The notes under the pieces: generated by a model
What the model saw: only the letters and a program-made list of their open reading frames with translations
Database searches by the model: none
Told to the model about the DNA's origin: nothing
Position numbers and translations under genes: made by a program
Origin: Bacillota bacterium
GTDB taxonomy: Bacteria > Bacillota > Sulfobacillia > Fermentithermobacillales > Fermentithermobacillaceae
Length of the DNA stretch: 64,000 bases
Assembly (NCBI GenBank): GCA_040880305.1
Contig: JBBDIP010000059.1
Span: forward strand, 226-64,225
Direction: 5' to 3'
Shown: positions 63,474 through 64,000 of the stretch, piece by piece
Numbering within the stretch: position 1 is the stretch's first letter
How the letters are laid out: each line of letters opens with the position of its first letter

Positions 63474-64000
63474 CACCGCCCCGATGAGCACGGCACTCCC
63501 GCCGAGATATCGGCCCTTGAGGAGGGCCTGGACGTAGAGGCATACTGCGATAAGATGCACGCTGAGCCTGCGGAAGTCTACGCGAGTCTACTCGCCTGAT
63601 GACGGGAGGTTCCTGCCGGACCGCTTTATCGTCGGTACGTGCCCTCGCTGCGGCTACAGGGCCGCGCGCGGCGACCAGTGTGAGAGCTGCACCACGCTGC
63701 TGGATCCGCTGGCGCCGGAGATAGAGGATTGCGTGAAATCCCACGAGAGGGATTGGCCGAAGCTGACGTTGTCCATCGCGATGAAATGGCTGAGTGAGGG
63801 CCTGAAACCCCGCTGCATCACAAGGGATCTCGACTGGGGCGTCCCCGTCCCGAAGGAAGGCTTTGAAGATAAGGTGTTCTACGTCTGGTTCGACGCGCCT
63901 ATCGAGTATGTGGGCGCGACCAGGGAGTGGGCGGACCTGAAGCCGGCCGAGAGGGACTGGCGGTTGTGGTGGGGAGGGCAGATGACCGACAACTCAGCCG
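63474..64000 (+). pseudogene. metG: methionyl-tRNA synthetase remnant (5'-truncated, internally deleted, frameshifted; continues past window end)
   Basis: A stop codon lies at 63471-63473, then ..[28 protein letters not shown].. ends in a stop. A second frame gives [35 protein letters not shown]|[43 protein letters not shown]... The HIGH region and about 60+30 internal aa are missing. Confidence 0.75.

Noticed and set aside
1-64000. Mobile elements, prophage, rRNA and tRNA genes
   Set aside because: I saw no transposase, integrase, phage structural or recombinase ORFs. I also saw no cloverleaf-type tRNA signatures or rRNA-like conserved stretches while reading both strands.

Overview
High-GC (roughly 60-65% by eye) chromosomal segment. 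It has Gram-positive-style GGAGG ribosome-binding sites, frequent GTG/TTG starts, a split purS/purQ/purL, ECF S-components and an FMN riboswitch, and it encodes anaerobe-type enzymes (tungsten aldehyde:ferredoxin oxidoreductase, EtfAB with an FAD-linked dehydrogenase, iron-sulfur flavoprotein). Together these suggest an anaerobic Bacillota-like organism; this is inference, since no search was run. About 60 genes are supported. They include guaA-purBCSQL, two complete ABC exporters and one dead one, and many peptidases and amidohydrolases (four M20 plus M55, C69 and S9 peptidases, two creatininase-family genes and an amidohydrolase-fold gene). Also present are a type II R-M pair (SPPY methyltransferase plus PD-ExK nuclease), a MurNAc-recycling cluster (anmK, a murQ-amiE-like fusion, decayed namZ), FMN riboswitch-ribU, etfBA with an FAD oxidase, ccdA-thioredoxin, dapF with a DapL-like aminotransferase, vapBC, an MqsA-like antitoxin beside a tandem GNAT protein, helD and a TetR regulator. 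I found no rRNA, tRNA, CRISPR array, transposase or integrase. The best candidate for an undescribed system is a tightly coupled operon of four uncharacterised membrane proteins ending in a creatininase-family hydrolase (30885-34656). Other leads are two 77-nt inverted-repeat elements and a GGAATC tandem-repeat leader in the 475-nt gap at 11290-11765, a TIGR04076-like/ferredoxin fusion coupled to AOR, and a SelA-like protein that seems to lack the PLP lysine. At least four genes are inactivated by large internal deletions (namZ, an ABC ATPase, metG, a membrane-protein remnant). All family calls come from motifs read in the translations and from memory of those families. None was checked against a database.
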